This document shows, one piece after another, positions 9,245 through 19,539 of a stretch of DNA of 64,000 bases; within the stretch, counting starts at the first letter, position 1; the number at the start of each line of letters is the position of its first letter. This DNA is from a virus. The translations under genes were made by a program, and so were the position numbers. The DNA is taken from IMG/VR virus record IMGVR_UViG_3300030103_004875; one strand, given 5' to 3'. The notes under the pieces are model-generated. The model ran no database searches. It was not told the DNA's origin and worked only from the letters and a program-made list of their open reading frames with translations.

Positions 9245-12075
9245 TGCCCATATTTAGAGGAAGCAGTAGAAAAGTTGTATATAAAGGTGGTCCGGGATCA
9301 CAGGGTCCAACTGGGGCAACTGGTGCGACCGGAGATACCGGAGAAGCCGGTGGTATTGGTAATATAGGAAACACAGGAATTGGTATATCATTCGCTGAGA
9401 GTTATCTGGTAGGATCTGTTAGTGATGGGATAACATTTACATTAACTAATGGGGATAAGATTAGTGTTGATGGTTTCCGGGGATCCGGAACTGCGGATGT
9501 TGAAACTTTATTTTTCAAATTCACAAACGCAGATCAAGGTGCGTCTTCTGGATTTGTATACAAAGAAACTGTTTCTACCGGAGACGCGGATCCGCTTGCA
9601 CACATTGCAAGATTCCGAACACTCGAAGTTAGAGGAAACTTAATTTCTGCAACAGGGAGCAACGATCCCGGAATCACACTGACTGGTATTGATCCAGATG
9701 GTTCTGTTGGTCTGTCTGGAGAATTATTATATCTCGATGCTGGTAATAGTGCAGGCCGTTCAACAAAAAATAATACATTTATCGATAATGAATTATTAAC
9801 AATCACCGCACGAAGAGTCGAAAAAATAGGTGAAATTTCAACAAGCGATCTTGCTAGATCCAATATTATGCCAGTTCTGAGTAGCATTCAGGAATTCACT
9901 ATCGGTGGATTTACAGGAAGCAATGTTTATATACGACTAGGAACCGGGGGACAAACCAGCGGAACCGGGCCCAATATAGGTAATACCTCTGGATTTTCTC
10001 GACCATATACTAGGTTTGGTAATGACTTCTCCGGTTCTCAAGAAATTGATTTAGGCACAGGCGGAAGTTCTCAATTAATACACAAATTCGAGGACATGAC
10101 AGCACATACTGCCACCGGAGATGACTTAGTAAATGCAGTAGGGTCTTGTTGTTTTTGTTCATCACCAGATATTATAACCGGAGAATATGGAACGCAATGT
10201 TTTGATTATACTACTAAAAAATACTGTGATGAATTGTTAGGGGATTTTTCCCTCAATCCGTGTGCTCTTCGAACAGAGGGCCCAAATTGCAAAGAAACAC
10301 ACCCCTGCTGTGTTAATGGAAACTGTGTAGATACTAGCGAAAATAAATGTGCAGAATTTGGTGGAATATATTTTCCAAATATTCTCAACTGTGAAGAATT
10401 TAGTAGACCCGAGGAAAATGGTGGTCGGGGATTAACATGTAGTAATTTATGCCCCACTGATAACATTGGTGCTTGTTGTTTGAATGGGGTTTGTTATTCC
10501 TTCAATAGAGATCAATGCGATGCGATTGGAGGTATTTTTCATCCCGGACAATCATGCGATCCTTTTGATGATAATTACTATAACTGTTGCTTGGATCTAT
10601 TCCCCGGTGCGTGCTGTAAAGGTGTGTTGTGTGTGGGGAATCTATCACCTCTTCAGTGTGCAAACACTGGAGGATTTTATCAGGGTGCAGGAACTGTATG
10701 TTCCGGAACAACTTACGACTCAGAACGGGATGAAAGTTACGGAATAGTTACCCTAGCAGATGGTATCAGTCAGAGACTTTGTTGTAGAGATCCCGAAGAT
10801 GTTGGGAACTTTAGTTGTCAATTGGCAGTAAACCCCTGCGGACAACCAATTGGAAGTCAAGTGTTATCACAGGATTCTGAAGCAGTATTTATAGGATATG
10901 TGGGGGGTCCTGCTGAAAATTGTACACCATTACAATGTAGTGGGAATGTTATTCCAACACTCGCAGAAAATGCAACAAATGAAGTAATTACATATCAACC
11001 GACAGTTGGAACAATCTTAGAGGAAAGTGCGTGTCCATGTGATCACATTCATCCAGTTTTATATACACTTCCTGGTCCATTTGCTGACCTAGAAATTAAT
11101 TATGTACAGGGTCAGTTGAGTGAATTAGGATTCTTGGCTTCGGCATCTGATGCACCAGACAATATATTAATAGATCCGTCAGATGGATCTAAGTTCAATG
11201 AATATGCAGACAAAATCTATGGTGAAGGTTACACAATTCATAGAAGATGGGCATTATTCGTAAAGAAAACTGATGAGAGTGCAAACAATGTAAAATGGGG
11301 AATTGCACATGGTATAGGAACAGATTTAAATGAACCTGTAAGTTTATGGGGAACTTGTAGTTTAGATGGTTTATTAAACACCAGACTTTACGATAGTTCT
11401 TCTATAGAAAATAATATATGGTTTTCCCCTGACGCATTTGGTATTGACCTTGAGGCCTATGATAGGTGGATAACAGAAGAAAATAACCCTTGGGAAAATC
11501 TTGAGAATCCTCCAAACCAAAACAACATTGAAAACTTCCCAGAAGAATTTAAGAATGCATATCGTGATTTATGGAATCAAGAAAATGTTGATAGTGCTAT
11601 GAAGTTAGTTTCCGACGCAAACGGAGATAATCCATCTAATCTTGACTGGTATGTCCCAAGCCTAGTTGAACTGAATCACATATATGCAAATCAATCTGAA
11701 ATAACATCAGAAAGTTCACCTGAAGGTTGGCAAGATCTGAGTGGAATGTATTGGTCTTCCACAAGTGGTAGTGCAGGTTCGCATAACTATACTGAAGCAG
11801 CAGATTTCGGATTAGGAACAAACTATAATGTTAATCTGTGGTCCGATGAAATCAAATACAGAGCAGGAAGCGCCTTCCGAGCATACACACAAGACTTTTC
11901 AAATGGAATTGTAAATTCATATAATAAATTTGATGCAAACGCAAAGGTTAGATTGGTAAAAAGAGTACCTATATACGTTGTAAGTAAGTATTGTTATACT
12001 GCAAATAGTTTCCCAACAATAATTGATTGTAACTCTTGTGGACCATGTCCCTGTGGAGGAGAAGAGATAGTATGA
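9244..12075 (+). CDS. Collagen-like, Cys-rich fibre protein with a C-terminal DUF1566/Lcl-like domain (paralog)
   Basis: G-X-Y run; GACC repeats; DWYVPSLVEL, YWSSTS, KVRLVKR motifs. Confidence 0.7.
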   Translation: MPIFRGSSRKVVYKGGPGSQGPTGATGATGDTGEAGGIGNIGNTGIGISFAESYLVGSVSDGITFTLTNGDKISVDGFRGSGTADVETLFFKFTNADQGASSGFVYKETVSTGDADPLAHIARFRTLEVRGNLISATGSNDPGITLTGIDPDGSVGLSGELLYLDAGNSAGRSTKNNTFIDNELLTITARRVEKIGEISTSDLARSNIMPVLSSIQEFTIGGFTGSNVYIRLGTGGQTSGTGPNIGNTSGFSRPYTRFGNDFSGSQEIDLGTGGSSQLIHKFEDMTAHTATGDDLVNAVGSCCFCSSPDIITGEYGTQCFDYTTKKYCDELLGDFSLNPCALRTEGPNCKETHPCCVNGNCVDTSENKCAEFGGIYFPNILNCEEFSRPEENGGRGLTCSNLCPTDNIGACCLNGVCYSFNRDQCDAIGGIFHPGQSCDPFDDNYYNCCLDLFPGACCKGVLCVGNLSPLQCANTGGFYQGAGTVCSGTTYDSERDESYGIVTLADGISQRLCCRDPEDVGNFSCQLAVNPCGQPIGSQVLSQDSEAVFIGYVGGPAENCTPLQCSGNVIPTLAENATNEVITYQPTVGTILEESACPCDHIHPVLYTLPGPFADLEINYVQGQLSELGFLASASDAPDNILIDPSDGSKFNEYADKIYGEGYTIHRRWALFVKKTDESANNVKWGIAHGIGTDLNEPVSLWGTCSLDGLLNTRLYDSSSIENNIWFSPDAFGIDLEAYDRWITEENNPWENLENPPNQNNIENFPEEFKNAYRDLWNQENVDSAMKLVSDANGDNPSNLDWYVPSLVELNHIYANQSEITSESSPEGWQDLSGMYWSSTSGSAGSHNYTEAADFGLGTNYNVNLWSDEIKYRAGSAFRAYTQDFSNGIVNSYNKFDANAKVRLVKRVPIYVVSKYCYTANSFPTIIDCNSCGPCPCGGEEIV

Positions 12076-15000
12076 GTGATATACGAGGTAGCAGTTCCGT
12101 ACAACCGCAGGGTGGAATAAAAGGTGAAACTGGATCCACTGGTAATACAGGATCAATAGGTCCCACTGGATCAATTGGTGCAACTGGAATCACCGGGCCC
12201 ACCGGGGCCTCTGGTGCTTATGTCATAAGAGGAAGATATGATGATTTAGGGGCGTTAGTGCTAGTTCTCAGTAACGGAGTTGAAATTCCAATAAGTGGTT
12301 TAACTGGGGTGTCGGCTCAATATGAGGGAGTTGTTACTGGAGAAAATATTGGAAATGGTATTCATATATTCTCATCCACTCCATCCATATACGGAACAAC
12401 CTCTGGATTAACATTTGCGTTTAGAAGTATAACGGGCGATGGAAATATAAGAGTAAATAGAAACGGTGATATGATTGTCATCGGAGGAACTGCTGAAATA
12501 AAGCAATTGAGTGAGGGGGCCACTTCGGGAGGTGGACTTGTTCACTTAACAAATACTAATGCATTTTCCGGGACCACTTCAGGTGATCAATTAAATATTG
12601 AAGTTTCTGGACTAACACGAGACATTTTTGATTTCTTCGGTGGAGCAGGAACAGCAGATTTTGCAATCACCACGCCTCGTAATCCTTCCGGGCTTACTGG
12701 TAGAGGTGCAATTCTAACTGAAAGAAATAATATTCAAAGTTTCGGTCCGAATGAAGCGTTTAATGGACCGGGAATAACTTTGGACATATCAAAAGGATCT
12801 ATATTTAAATTAATGACTCCTATTGGTATCAATGGTATAACTGGGTATAGTAAAACAATAGGAGAGGTGACATCATTTACGGCTTTTGTTGATGGAAATT
12901 CTTTCTGGAAACTTCCCAATAATCTATACTTCGAAGAGGGTGATGATTATTTTTCATGTGGTATTGATGTGGTTAATTTTACGAACATCGCTGTCAGTAA
13001 GGAAGAAGAAGACAAATGGTATGTGACATTTGCATCCAAGGGTTATGATACCGATGGATGCAGCGGAAGTGGATCATTTGGATCTTGTTGTTATACGGAA
13101 GAAGGACAGAGAAAATGTCAAGACTTTGTTGATCAGAGAACGTGTAATGATGATTTAGGTGGAGTTTTCCGACCGTTTACTTCATGTGAAGAGGCATGTG
13201 ATGTAGAAGGAGATGTATGTTGCTCCAATGGAATATGCTTAGAGTTTGTAAGTCAAGAGGAATGTGACTTCTATCACGGAACCTTCTGGACAGGTGTTTC
13301 TTGTGGAACTTATCCACAGGAAGGATCAAATGAAGAACGATTCTGTTATGATCCGTGTCTGGATAAATTGGCCTGTTGTAAAGATGGTCTTTGTCTCGGA
13401 GAGTATAGCAAAATTCAATGTGAAGAATTTTTAGGTGGGTTTTCAGTAGCACCCCCTCCAGGCTCTCCAGAAGCATGTGGATACGTTGATTGTTGTTCTG
13501 GTATAAATTATGTCGGTGCTTGTTGTAGAGAAAATGGCACATGTGAAGATGCAACAAATTCCACCGACTGCACGTTACCGGATATATTTCAGGGTCACGG
13601 CTCACGTTGTGCAGAAGTTAGTTGTTGTGTGGAAGAAGAACCTCCCGTTTTAGGTTTTTGCTGCACTGGACTAGAATGCGAACAAAGAACATCAGAAGAA
13701 TGTCTTTCGCTAGGAGGATATTATGGAGGTGATGGTTCTCCATGTCCTGATACCTGCATAGGAAATTGTTGTAATACCAGCACCGGCGAGTGTACACAAA
13801 CCACATACCAAGATTGTATATCCAATAACGGCTTTTTCGGTGGACCCGGATCAAATGGTCTGTCTTGCTCCGAATTATGTTCTGGTAGATGCTGTGAACA
13901 AGGAGGATGTGTTAATAAAACACTTGAGGAGTGTATAGCATCAAATGGTGCATGGGGCGGAATAGGTCCATGCACACCAGACTCATGTGGATCAGAGGGT
14001 TCATGTTGCACCAATAATGATGAGACTTGCACAAACACAAACGCAAGTTACTGCGAAAATGTTTTGAATGGATACTTTATTAATGATGTATCATGTGCAA
14101 CTAATCCGTGTGATAGGAGAAATGGTGCATGTTGTAGTTTTAATGAAGAAACAGGATTTTACCTTTGTTCTAACACAACAAAGGAACTCTGTGAGGCTGC
14201 GAACCCAACAAATCCAAATTGCTGGAAGGGTGGCGATGCCGATGAAGATGGTCTTCCAGCCGATGGTGGTACATTTAAGAAATGTGAAGATCATACAGAT
14301 GATGTCATTGGTTGCACCGATCCCTCCGCACCGTTCTTCTGCGGAATATGTAACGACATAGATCCTCTTGGACCTATGGGTTGCTGTACCCGACCTGGCG
14401 GGTGCCATCACTTGCGAGGGGCACATGGATTCATGTACAGCGGGGCGCCGGGAGACTCATACAGCCTCTGGTATAATGGGGCGGATTGGGACGGTGAATA
14501 CGATCCCGAGGCAGAAGTTCCAGAATTTGATGGAAGAACTCCAAACAAAGAGAAGACTTTTATCCAACCACTTCAATCTCGTAGCGCTGCGTTCGACGGC
14601 ACAAACACTTATAACGTCCTTTACTCGGACGCGATAATTCCTCAATGTATTCAAGTACCATTATTTGAATGCTGTGGTCCTCCGCCATATTTTCCATACT
14701 GTGGACCTTGGAATAAACCAAAGGAACAACATCCAGACTACCCAAGATTCTTGGGTGGAGAAAATTGGATTGGAACTGAAGGACCAGGACAAGGAGAACC
14801 ACTCACGGGCGCGGGTAAGTTAGTTGAAGCTCCAAACCATTCAACTATTGCAGAGGGAACTAACCTAACTTTATATAATCCATCCGATCCAAATTGGAAC
14901 GGGTCTGATCCATCGGCGTTGAAGTGGACACAAGATCCAGATTCCCCCAGACACTACATATGGCCACAAAATTTCCGGTGGTATTCTCCCGGAAATACAG

Positions 15001-16259
15001 CATCATATCTTGACGCGAATCAGGTTTTCTATCCTTCCGAATATGCGGCCGCCTCTCTATCTTTACCAGATGATGATTGGTTCCCATTTGATAGACCGGG
15101 TTCAGAGGGCTTTTATGATCCAACATCTTGGAATGCGATCGGCGCAGCCTATACAAGCGCCGACGGTCGATCATTTGGTGAAATGGATTTCTGGAGAGAA
15201 GCAGGACTTCCGGGTGATCATAAAATTTTAGGAATGCCGGACAGTTTTTACACTGGAGGGAAAAACACCACCATAAGATTCGGAGATCTCGCCGATGGAA
15301 CCGAGGAGGGAAATAGTAATGGATGTCCCGTTGCTGGTGATCGCTTCATAGAATATATGAATTATATCAGAAATGAGTTCCCAGGCTCCGGATTCGGTGG
15401 TTACTACTACGACCAGTATTTTGGAGCTTTAAACAACGCCGCGGTCGCCGGAGTAGCACCAACAACGAGTCGATTGGATCCCTTCGGAGGTGCCTTCGGA
15501 TGCGGCTCCGGACCTCTGGGAGAAAAGGGAATTCCACTAACATGTGGTAACAGCAACCCACTAGGTGGACACTGCTGCGATTTATACGACGGTCAGGACG
15601 GCACCAGCATGGAAGAATCTTTTTGTTTAATAGAAAGTACACCGTTGATCAGCCCCATGAATTGCTTTAAATTCTGGAAAAAAGGCCCGTGCTTCGGGGC
15701 TGGAGGTTATCCAGCCCTAGCGGCAGAGTGCAGCGGCATCGTTAATCCGGCGAGTTGGGCAGCTGCTCGGCAAGACGCATGTGGTTGGTATTGGTTTGAT
15801 CGTCCCGGCGGCGTTGGGGAGAGTTATGAGGTTCGTCAGGATGACTGGGAAGCAGCACCGGAACGAACTATTTACTATAACTCTCCTGAAAATTTATATT
15901 CTCACCCTTGCATAGAACAGCTATATGCACCGAGCACTAATAATGATAATGAAACATTTTGTTCTCGTGGAAGTTGTGGCGTAGCAGGATCTTTGGGCTG
16001 CTGCGAAGCGCCATGGAGCACGCTCGATCTGCCCGATATCTGTTGTGTGGAGAATGGTGTATGGGAGTTTAGTTATTACACATGTGAAACTGATACTCTT
16101 ACTGTACGGACATCTCCGAGATACTCATGCGTCGGGGATGAATGTGATGACTGTGACGACCAAGAGGGCGGGGACCCAGGCGTGTGTTATCCCTGTGGTG
16201 GTGGTGGTATACCACTTGATGGAGATTACGAAGATCCACCTGAAGGAGCAGGAGACTGA
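12072..16259 (+). CDS. Large collagen-like, Cys-rich fibre protein
   Basis: Likely start is ATG 12072 (MSDIRGSS, matching the paralogs); G-X-Y run, about ten CC-type repeats, novel C-terminal region. Confidence 0.7.
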   Translation: MSDIRGSSSVQPQGGIKGETGSTGNTGSIGPTGSIGATGITGPTGASGAYVIRGRYDDLGALVLVLSNGVEIPISGLTGVSAQYEGVVTGENIGNGIHIFSSTPSIYGTTSGLTFAFRSITGDGNIRVNRNGDMIVIGGTAEIKQLSEGATSGGGLVHLTNTNAFSGTTSGDQLNIEVSGLTRDIFDFFGGAGTADFAITTPRNPSGLTGRGAILTERNNIQSFGPNEAFNGPGITLDISKGSIFKLMTPIGINGITGYSKTIGEVTSFTAFVDGNSFWKLPNNLYFEEGDDYFSCGIDVVNFTNIAVSKEEEDKWYVTFASKGYDTDGCSGSGSFGSCCYTEEGQRKCQDFVDQRTCNDDLGGVFRPFTSCEEACDVEGDVCCSNGICLEFVSQEECDFYHGTFWTGVSCGTYPQEGSNEERFCYDPCLDKLACCKDGLCLGEYSKIQCEEFLGGFSVAPPPGSPEACGYVDCCSGINYVGACCRENGTCEDATNSTDCTLPDIFQGHGSRCAEVSCCVEEEPPVLGFCCTGLECEQRTSEECLSLGGYYGGDGSPCPDTCIGNCCNTSTGECTQTTYQDCISNNGFFGGPGSNGLSCSELCSGRCCEQGGCVNKTLEECIASNGAWGGIGPCTPDSCGSEGSCCTNNDETCTNTNASYCENVLNGYFINDVSCATNPCDRRNGACCSFNEETGFYLCSNTTKELCEAANPTNPNCWKGGDADEDGLPADGGTFKKCEDHTDDVIGCTDPSAPFFCGICNDIDPLGPMGCCTRPGGCHHLRGAHGFMYSGAPGDSYSLWYNGADWDGEYDPEAEVPEFDGRTPNKEKTFIQPLQSRSAAFDGTNTYNVLYSDAIIPQCIQVPLFECCGPPPYFPYCGPWNKPKEQHPDYPRFLGGENWIGTEGPGQGEPLTGAGKLVEAPNHSTIAEGTNLTLYNPSDPNWNGSDPSALKWTQDPDSPRHYIWPQNFRWYSPGNTASYLDANQVFYPSEYAAASLSLPDDDWFPFDRPGSEGFYDPTSWNAIGAAYTSADGRSFGEMDFWREAGLPGDHKILGMPDSFYTGGKNTTIRFGDLADGTEEGNSNGCPVAGDRFIEYMNYIRNEFPGSGFGGYYYDQYFGALNNAAVAGVAPTTSRLDPFGGAFGCGSGPLGEKGIPLTCGNSNPLGGHCCDLYDGQDGTSMEESFCLIESTPLISPMNCFKFWKKGPCFGAGGYPALAAECSGIVNPASWAAARQDACGWYWFDRPGGVGESYEVRQDDWEAAPERTIYYNSPENLYSHPCIEQLYAPSTNNDNETFCSRGSCGVAGSLGCCEAPWSTLDLPDICCVENGVWEFSYYTCETDTLTVRTSPRYSCVGDECDDCDDQEGGDPGVCYPCGGGGIPLDGDYEDPPEGAGD

Positions 16260-17995
16260 TGAGCACCCAATTCAGATCTCGCATAAAAACGGTAGTTGAT
16301 TATAGTGCAAACGCCGCGGCAACGGGAGGATGTTGTCTCCCAGATGGAACTAAATTGATTGGTGATGATATCACTATTAATGAATGTAATCGACAGAACG
16401 GTTTTTTTAGAGCAGGAGACTCAACAACATTACAGTGTCCTGATAGGGGGTTGACTGGGTGTTGCTGTGCATGTTCATATGTTCGAGAACAAGAGGGAGA
16501 TTTTGAAAACTTTCTACAAATTGTTCTTGATAGAGGTGGATCGGATAGTACCGTTTACCACCAAACACCCGAAGGTGATAATCTAAACATAAACGGATAC
16601 AAAGATAATGTTAGCCAATGTGAATGCTCCAAAAGACAGGGAAATTGGTTTTATGGTAAATGTGAAGAAGTGGAAAATATCACAAGTTTGTGCGGAAGTA
16701 TATTAAATCAAACCGATGTTCGTGTTCCGGCCGCATGTTGTCACGGAACTGAAAATGACGGAGTAGAATGTGATAATGTATGCACTGCGAAGGAGTGCTC
16801 AGATCTTACCGCTGCAACGGATGGTATCAGTGTATACTACGGAGACGAGGTTGGAGGGAATGGTGCCTTATGCGACTGGTCTTACATAACAAATCCTGCG
16901 TCATGTGGCTCTGCTGCCAATAATACAGAAAGGCGAAGTTATGGCGATGATAGCACCCTGAAAAGTAGTCCCACCGCACAAGCAAGGAACAGGAAATACC
17001 CTTGCTTTACTCTTACAACAATCGATAACGAACTTAAGCATGTTTGTTCAAGTAAAACACCAGAAGAGTGCTTTAACCTAAAAGGATATCAATACCCATC
17101 AGGTAATGATTCATATTCCTGTTCAGATGTTTCTTCATTAATTTACGCACCAAAAAGAGGTTCGGGTTCATTACGAGTTTTCCCTCCCACAATTAGTTCT
17201 TCCATTAGTCTCCCGCGTATAGGAGATCATTATCAGGGAGGAATTTATATGGGAACATTTAAGCCAGGCGGTTCTATAAATTCTAAACCGTCAGTTATTA
17301 AGCGAAGAATAAACGATAAAATGGAAGAAATCAAATCCCGAGGAGATGGATCGGGAACTAACAAGAAGAAATGGGCTCTAATATATTCATATAGATCGTT
17401 CGGTGACTTAGAATTACTTCGAAAATCATACTTATCGAAGGTTACCACAACGGATTTAGATAGGGTCCCTCTTAAATTGGCAATGAATAGTATCGGAGAG
17501 GCTGCACTTTCACAGCCAACATCATTCTACGATGGATTTTTTAATACTTATGGAGACGGTGGTAGTTTCGGTGGATACAATTCTAAATTACTAGAAGAAG
17601 TTAGGTCTTTAGTTTTTAACGGATTCAACGATTGGTATATTCCCAGTATAGATGAATTATCATTAATTTACAAAAACTTTTCACACCATAAAAATGGATA
17701 TTATGATGGTACACGCCGACAACCATTTTATGATCCATACGGATCAATGAGTATACTTCTCGGAGTACCTACATCGTCCCAATATAAAAACATGATGTCA
17801 TCTACTCTTTGGTCTGAGAATGATAAATTGGGTAAATCTGAAGATATATCGTCTCAAATAGTTGGGGGTAAAGGTTATTTTTACGCTCAAAATATGAGAG
17901 ATGATGATAAAGGGAAAAAACGAGGTCTTGTATATAAAGCAGATAGAAGAACAAAATTAATTGTTCCCTTAGTCAGACGCATATACATAGATTAG
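16259..17995 (+). CDS. Cys-rich protein with a C-terminal DUF1566/Lcl-like domain
   Basis: GGCC/GCCC/AACC repeats; IGDHYQGGIYMG, FNDWYIPSIDEL, VPLVRRI motifs. Confidence 0.7.
   Translation: MSTQFRSRIKTVVDYSANAAATGGCCLPDGTKLIGDDITINECNRQNGFFRAGDSTTLQCPDRGLTGCCCACSYVREQEGDFENFLQIVLDRGGSDSTVYHQTPEGDNLNINGYKDNVSQCECSKRQGNWFYGKCEEVENITSLCGSILNQTDVRVPAACCHGTENDGVECDNVCTAKECSDLTAATDGISVYYGDEVGGNGALCDWSYITNPASCGSAANNTERRSYGDDSTLKSSPTAQARNRKYPCFTLTTIDNELKHVCSSKTPEECFNLKGYQYPSGNDSYSCSDVSSLIYAPKRGSGSLRVFPPTISSSISLPRIGDHYQGGIYMGTFKPGGSINSKPSVIKRRINDKMEEIKSRGDGSGTNKKKWALIYSYRSFGDLELLRKSYLSKVTTTDLDRVPLKLAMNSIGEAALSQPTSFYDGFFNTYGDGGSFGGYNSKLLEEVRSLVFNGFNDWYIPSIDELSLIYKNFSHHKNGYYDGTRRQPFYDPYGSMSILLGVPTSSQYKNMMSSTLWSENDKLGKSEDISSQIVGGKGYFYAQNMRDDDKGKKRGLVYKADRRTKLIVPLVRRIYID
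17982..17989 (+). promoter_or_regulatory. Putative late promoter variant TATACATA
   Basis: Same octamer recurs before gp13 and gp3. Confidence 0.45.
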
Positions 17996-18005
17996 GAGAA
18001 TTAAT

Positions 18006-18116
18006 ATGGGTTGTGGATGTAATAAAGGTAAACCAAAACAACCACTAAAACAACCCAGAATGCCCAAAGTTCCTCCTAGGCAACCTACAAGACCATCAAA
18101 GCCACCTAGAAAATGA
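18006..18116 (+). CDS. 36-aa Cys/Pro/Lys-rich peptide (MGCGCNKGKPKQP...)
   Basis: Not in the ORF track; AGGAG RBS; fills the gap between flanking genes. Confidence 0.65.
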   Translation: MGCGCNKGKPKQPLKQPRMPKVPPRQPTRPSKPPRK

Positions 18117-18128
18117 TAAGGAATTGAT

Positions 18129-18683
18129 ATGACAAAAGAGTGCAAATCATGTGGTGATAATAAAACCCCAAAGCAAACAAAAGAAAATATAGAAAAGCAA
18201 ACGGGTAAACCCGGTGCCTTGAGCATGATGAAAAGTTTTGCAATGTCTATGGCTTCAAGAGGCCTTCGAAATAATAAAGTTGCAAAAGCAGAAAAACAAC
18301 TTCGTGTTCTTAGTTGCATCGGGAACGACAACACCGGAGGAGAACTTCCTCCATGTGAGTATCTTAGAGAAAGTGTAACTGAAGGTAAATTCTATTGTGG
18401 TGGTTGTGGTTGTGGAGATAAAAAAGGAACTTGGTTGGTTTCTGATGGTGAGGAATACAGCAAGTTGGATTATCCAAGATTAAACTGCCCTTTGCAGATG
18501 CCTGGTTTTACAAACTACCAGCCCAGCACTCCAGACGAAGCGGTAGAGCCAGTTACCCGAAGATATTATATCGAGAATATAGAATATGAGGATTTACAAA
18601 GAGTTTCTGTAACCACTCCAGAAACTCCACCAAATATTCAAGAGATGCTCGATAAAGTCAATGCAGATAAAAAAGAGGGTTGA
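18129..18683 (+). CDS. Cys-rich hypothetical protein (CxxC, CGGCGC)
   Basis: AAGGA RBS; possible metal-binding motifs. Confidence 0.7.
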   Translation: MTKECKSCGDNKTPKQTKENIEKQTGKPGALSMMKSFAMSMASRGLRNNKVAKAEKQLRVLSCIGNDNTGGELPPCEYLRESVTEGKFYCGGCGCGDKKGTWLVSDGEEYSKLDYPRLNCPLQMPGFTNYQPSTPDEAVEPVTRRYYIENIEYEDLQRVSVTTPETPPNIQEMLDKVNADKKEG

Positions 18684-18700
18684 TGATACTCGTGCCAGGT

Positions 18701-18708
18701 TATACATA
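18701..18708 (+). promoter_or_regulatory. Putative late promoter variant TATACATA
   Basis: Intergenic, upstream of the gp13 RBS. Confidence 0.55.
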
Positions 18709-18725
18709 CCTAAGAGGAGTCTAGC

Positions 18726-19535
18726 ATGGCAATCAATTCAAAACAAGCACTAATTGATTATTCTTTCAGGAAACTTGGTTCTCCTGTAGTAGAGATTAAT
18801 GTTGATTATCAGCAGGCAGAAGACAGATTAGAAGACGCCCTTGAATATTTTCAGGAACGTCACTACGATGGTGTCGATAAAGTATTTTTCCGACACCAAG
18901 TCACCGATGCAGATCGTACCAATCAATATATCAACACCAATGATTTTGGTCCTCTAAACGGTATAACAAATGATGCGGCCGCACCAACTGGGTCAGATCT
19001 TGTCAGCATAACAAAAGTTCTTCAGTTCGGAGATTTTGCCAACATTAATATGTTTGATGTAAGATATCAAATGGCACTAAGCGATTACTTTGGCATAAAC
19101 AGAGGTTTGGGTGGTAATTCTTCACTCGGACTTGCTTCATATGATCAAACAAAAAGATACATCAATCTAATTGAAGACTTCTTCCAACCAGAAAAGGCTT
19201 TGAGATTTAACAAAGTTTCCAATCGACTTCATATTGATATGAATTGGCAAGATGAAATACAGGTTGGGGAGTATATTATAATTCAAGGATATGCTAAACA
19301 AAATCCAGAGATATACACAGAAATATACGACGATCGATATCTCAAAGAATATTTTACTGCACTATTAAAAAGACAGTGGGGACAAAATCTTTCCAAGTTC
19401 GATGGAGTACAGATGCCAGGTGGAGTCGTACTTAGGGGAAGTCAAATATATCAAGAGGCTCAAATAGAAATTGATAAGGTGGAGGAAATGTTATTGTCCA
19501 GATACGAACTCCCAGTTGACTTTATGACGGGGTAA
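18726..19535 (+). CDS. gp13: Neck protein
   Basis: RKLGSPVVEINVD, KRQWGQNLSKFDGVQMPGG motifs; synteny. Confidence 0.95.
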   Translation: MAINSKQALIDYSFRKLGSPVVEINVDYQQAEDRLEDALEYFQERHYDGVDKVFFRHQVTDADRTNQYINTNDFGPLNGITNDAAAPTGSDLVSITKVLQFGDFANINMFDVRYQMALSDYFGINRGLGGNSSLGLASYDQTKRYINLIEDFFQPEKALRFNKVSNRLHIDMNWQDEIQVGEYIIIQGYAKQNPEIYTEIYDDRYLKEYFTALLKRQWGQNLSKFDGVQMPGGVVLRGSQIYQEAQIEIDKVEEMLLSRYELPVDFMTG

Positions 19536-19539
19536 TTAG

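Noticed and set aside
6269-17995. Diversity-generating retroelement targeting the DUF1566 domains
   Set aside because: No reverse transcriptase and no template repeat matching the 3' ends was seen in this window; one could lie elsewhere in the genome
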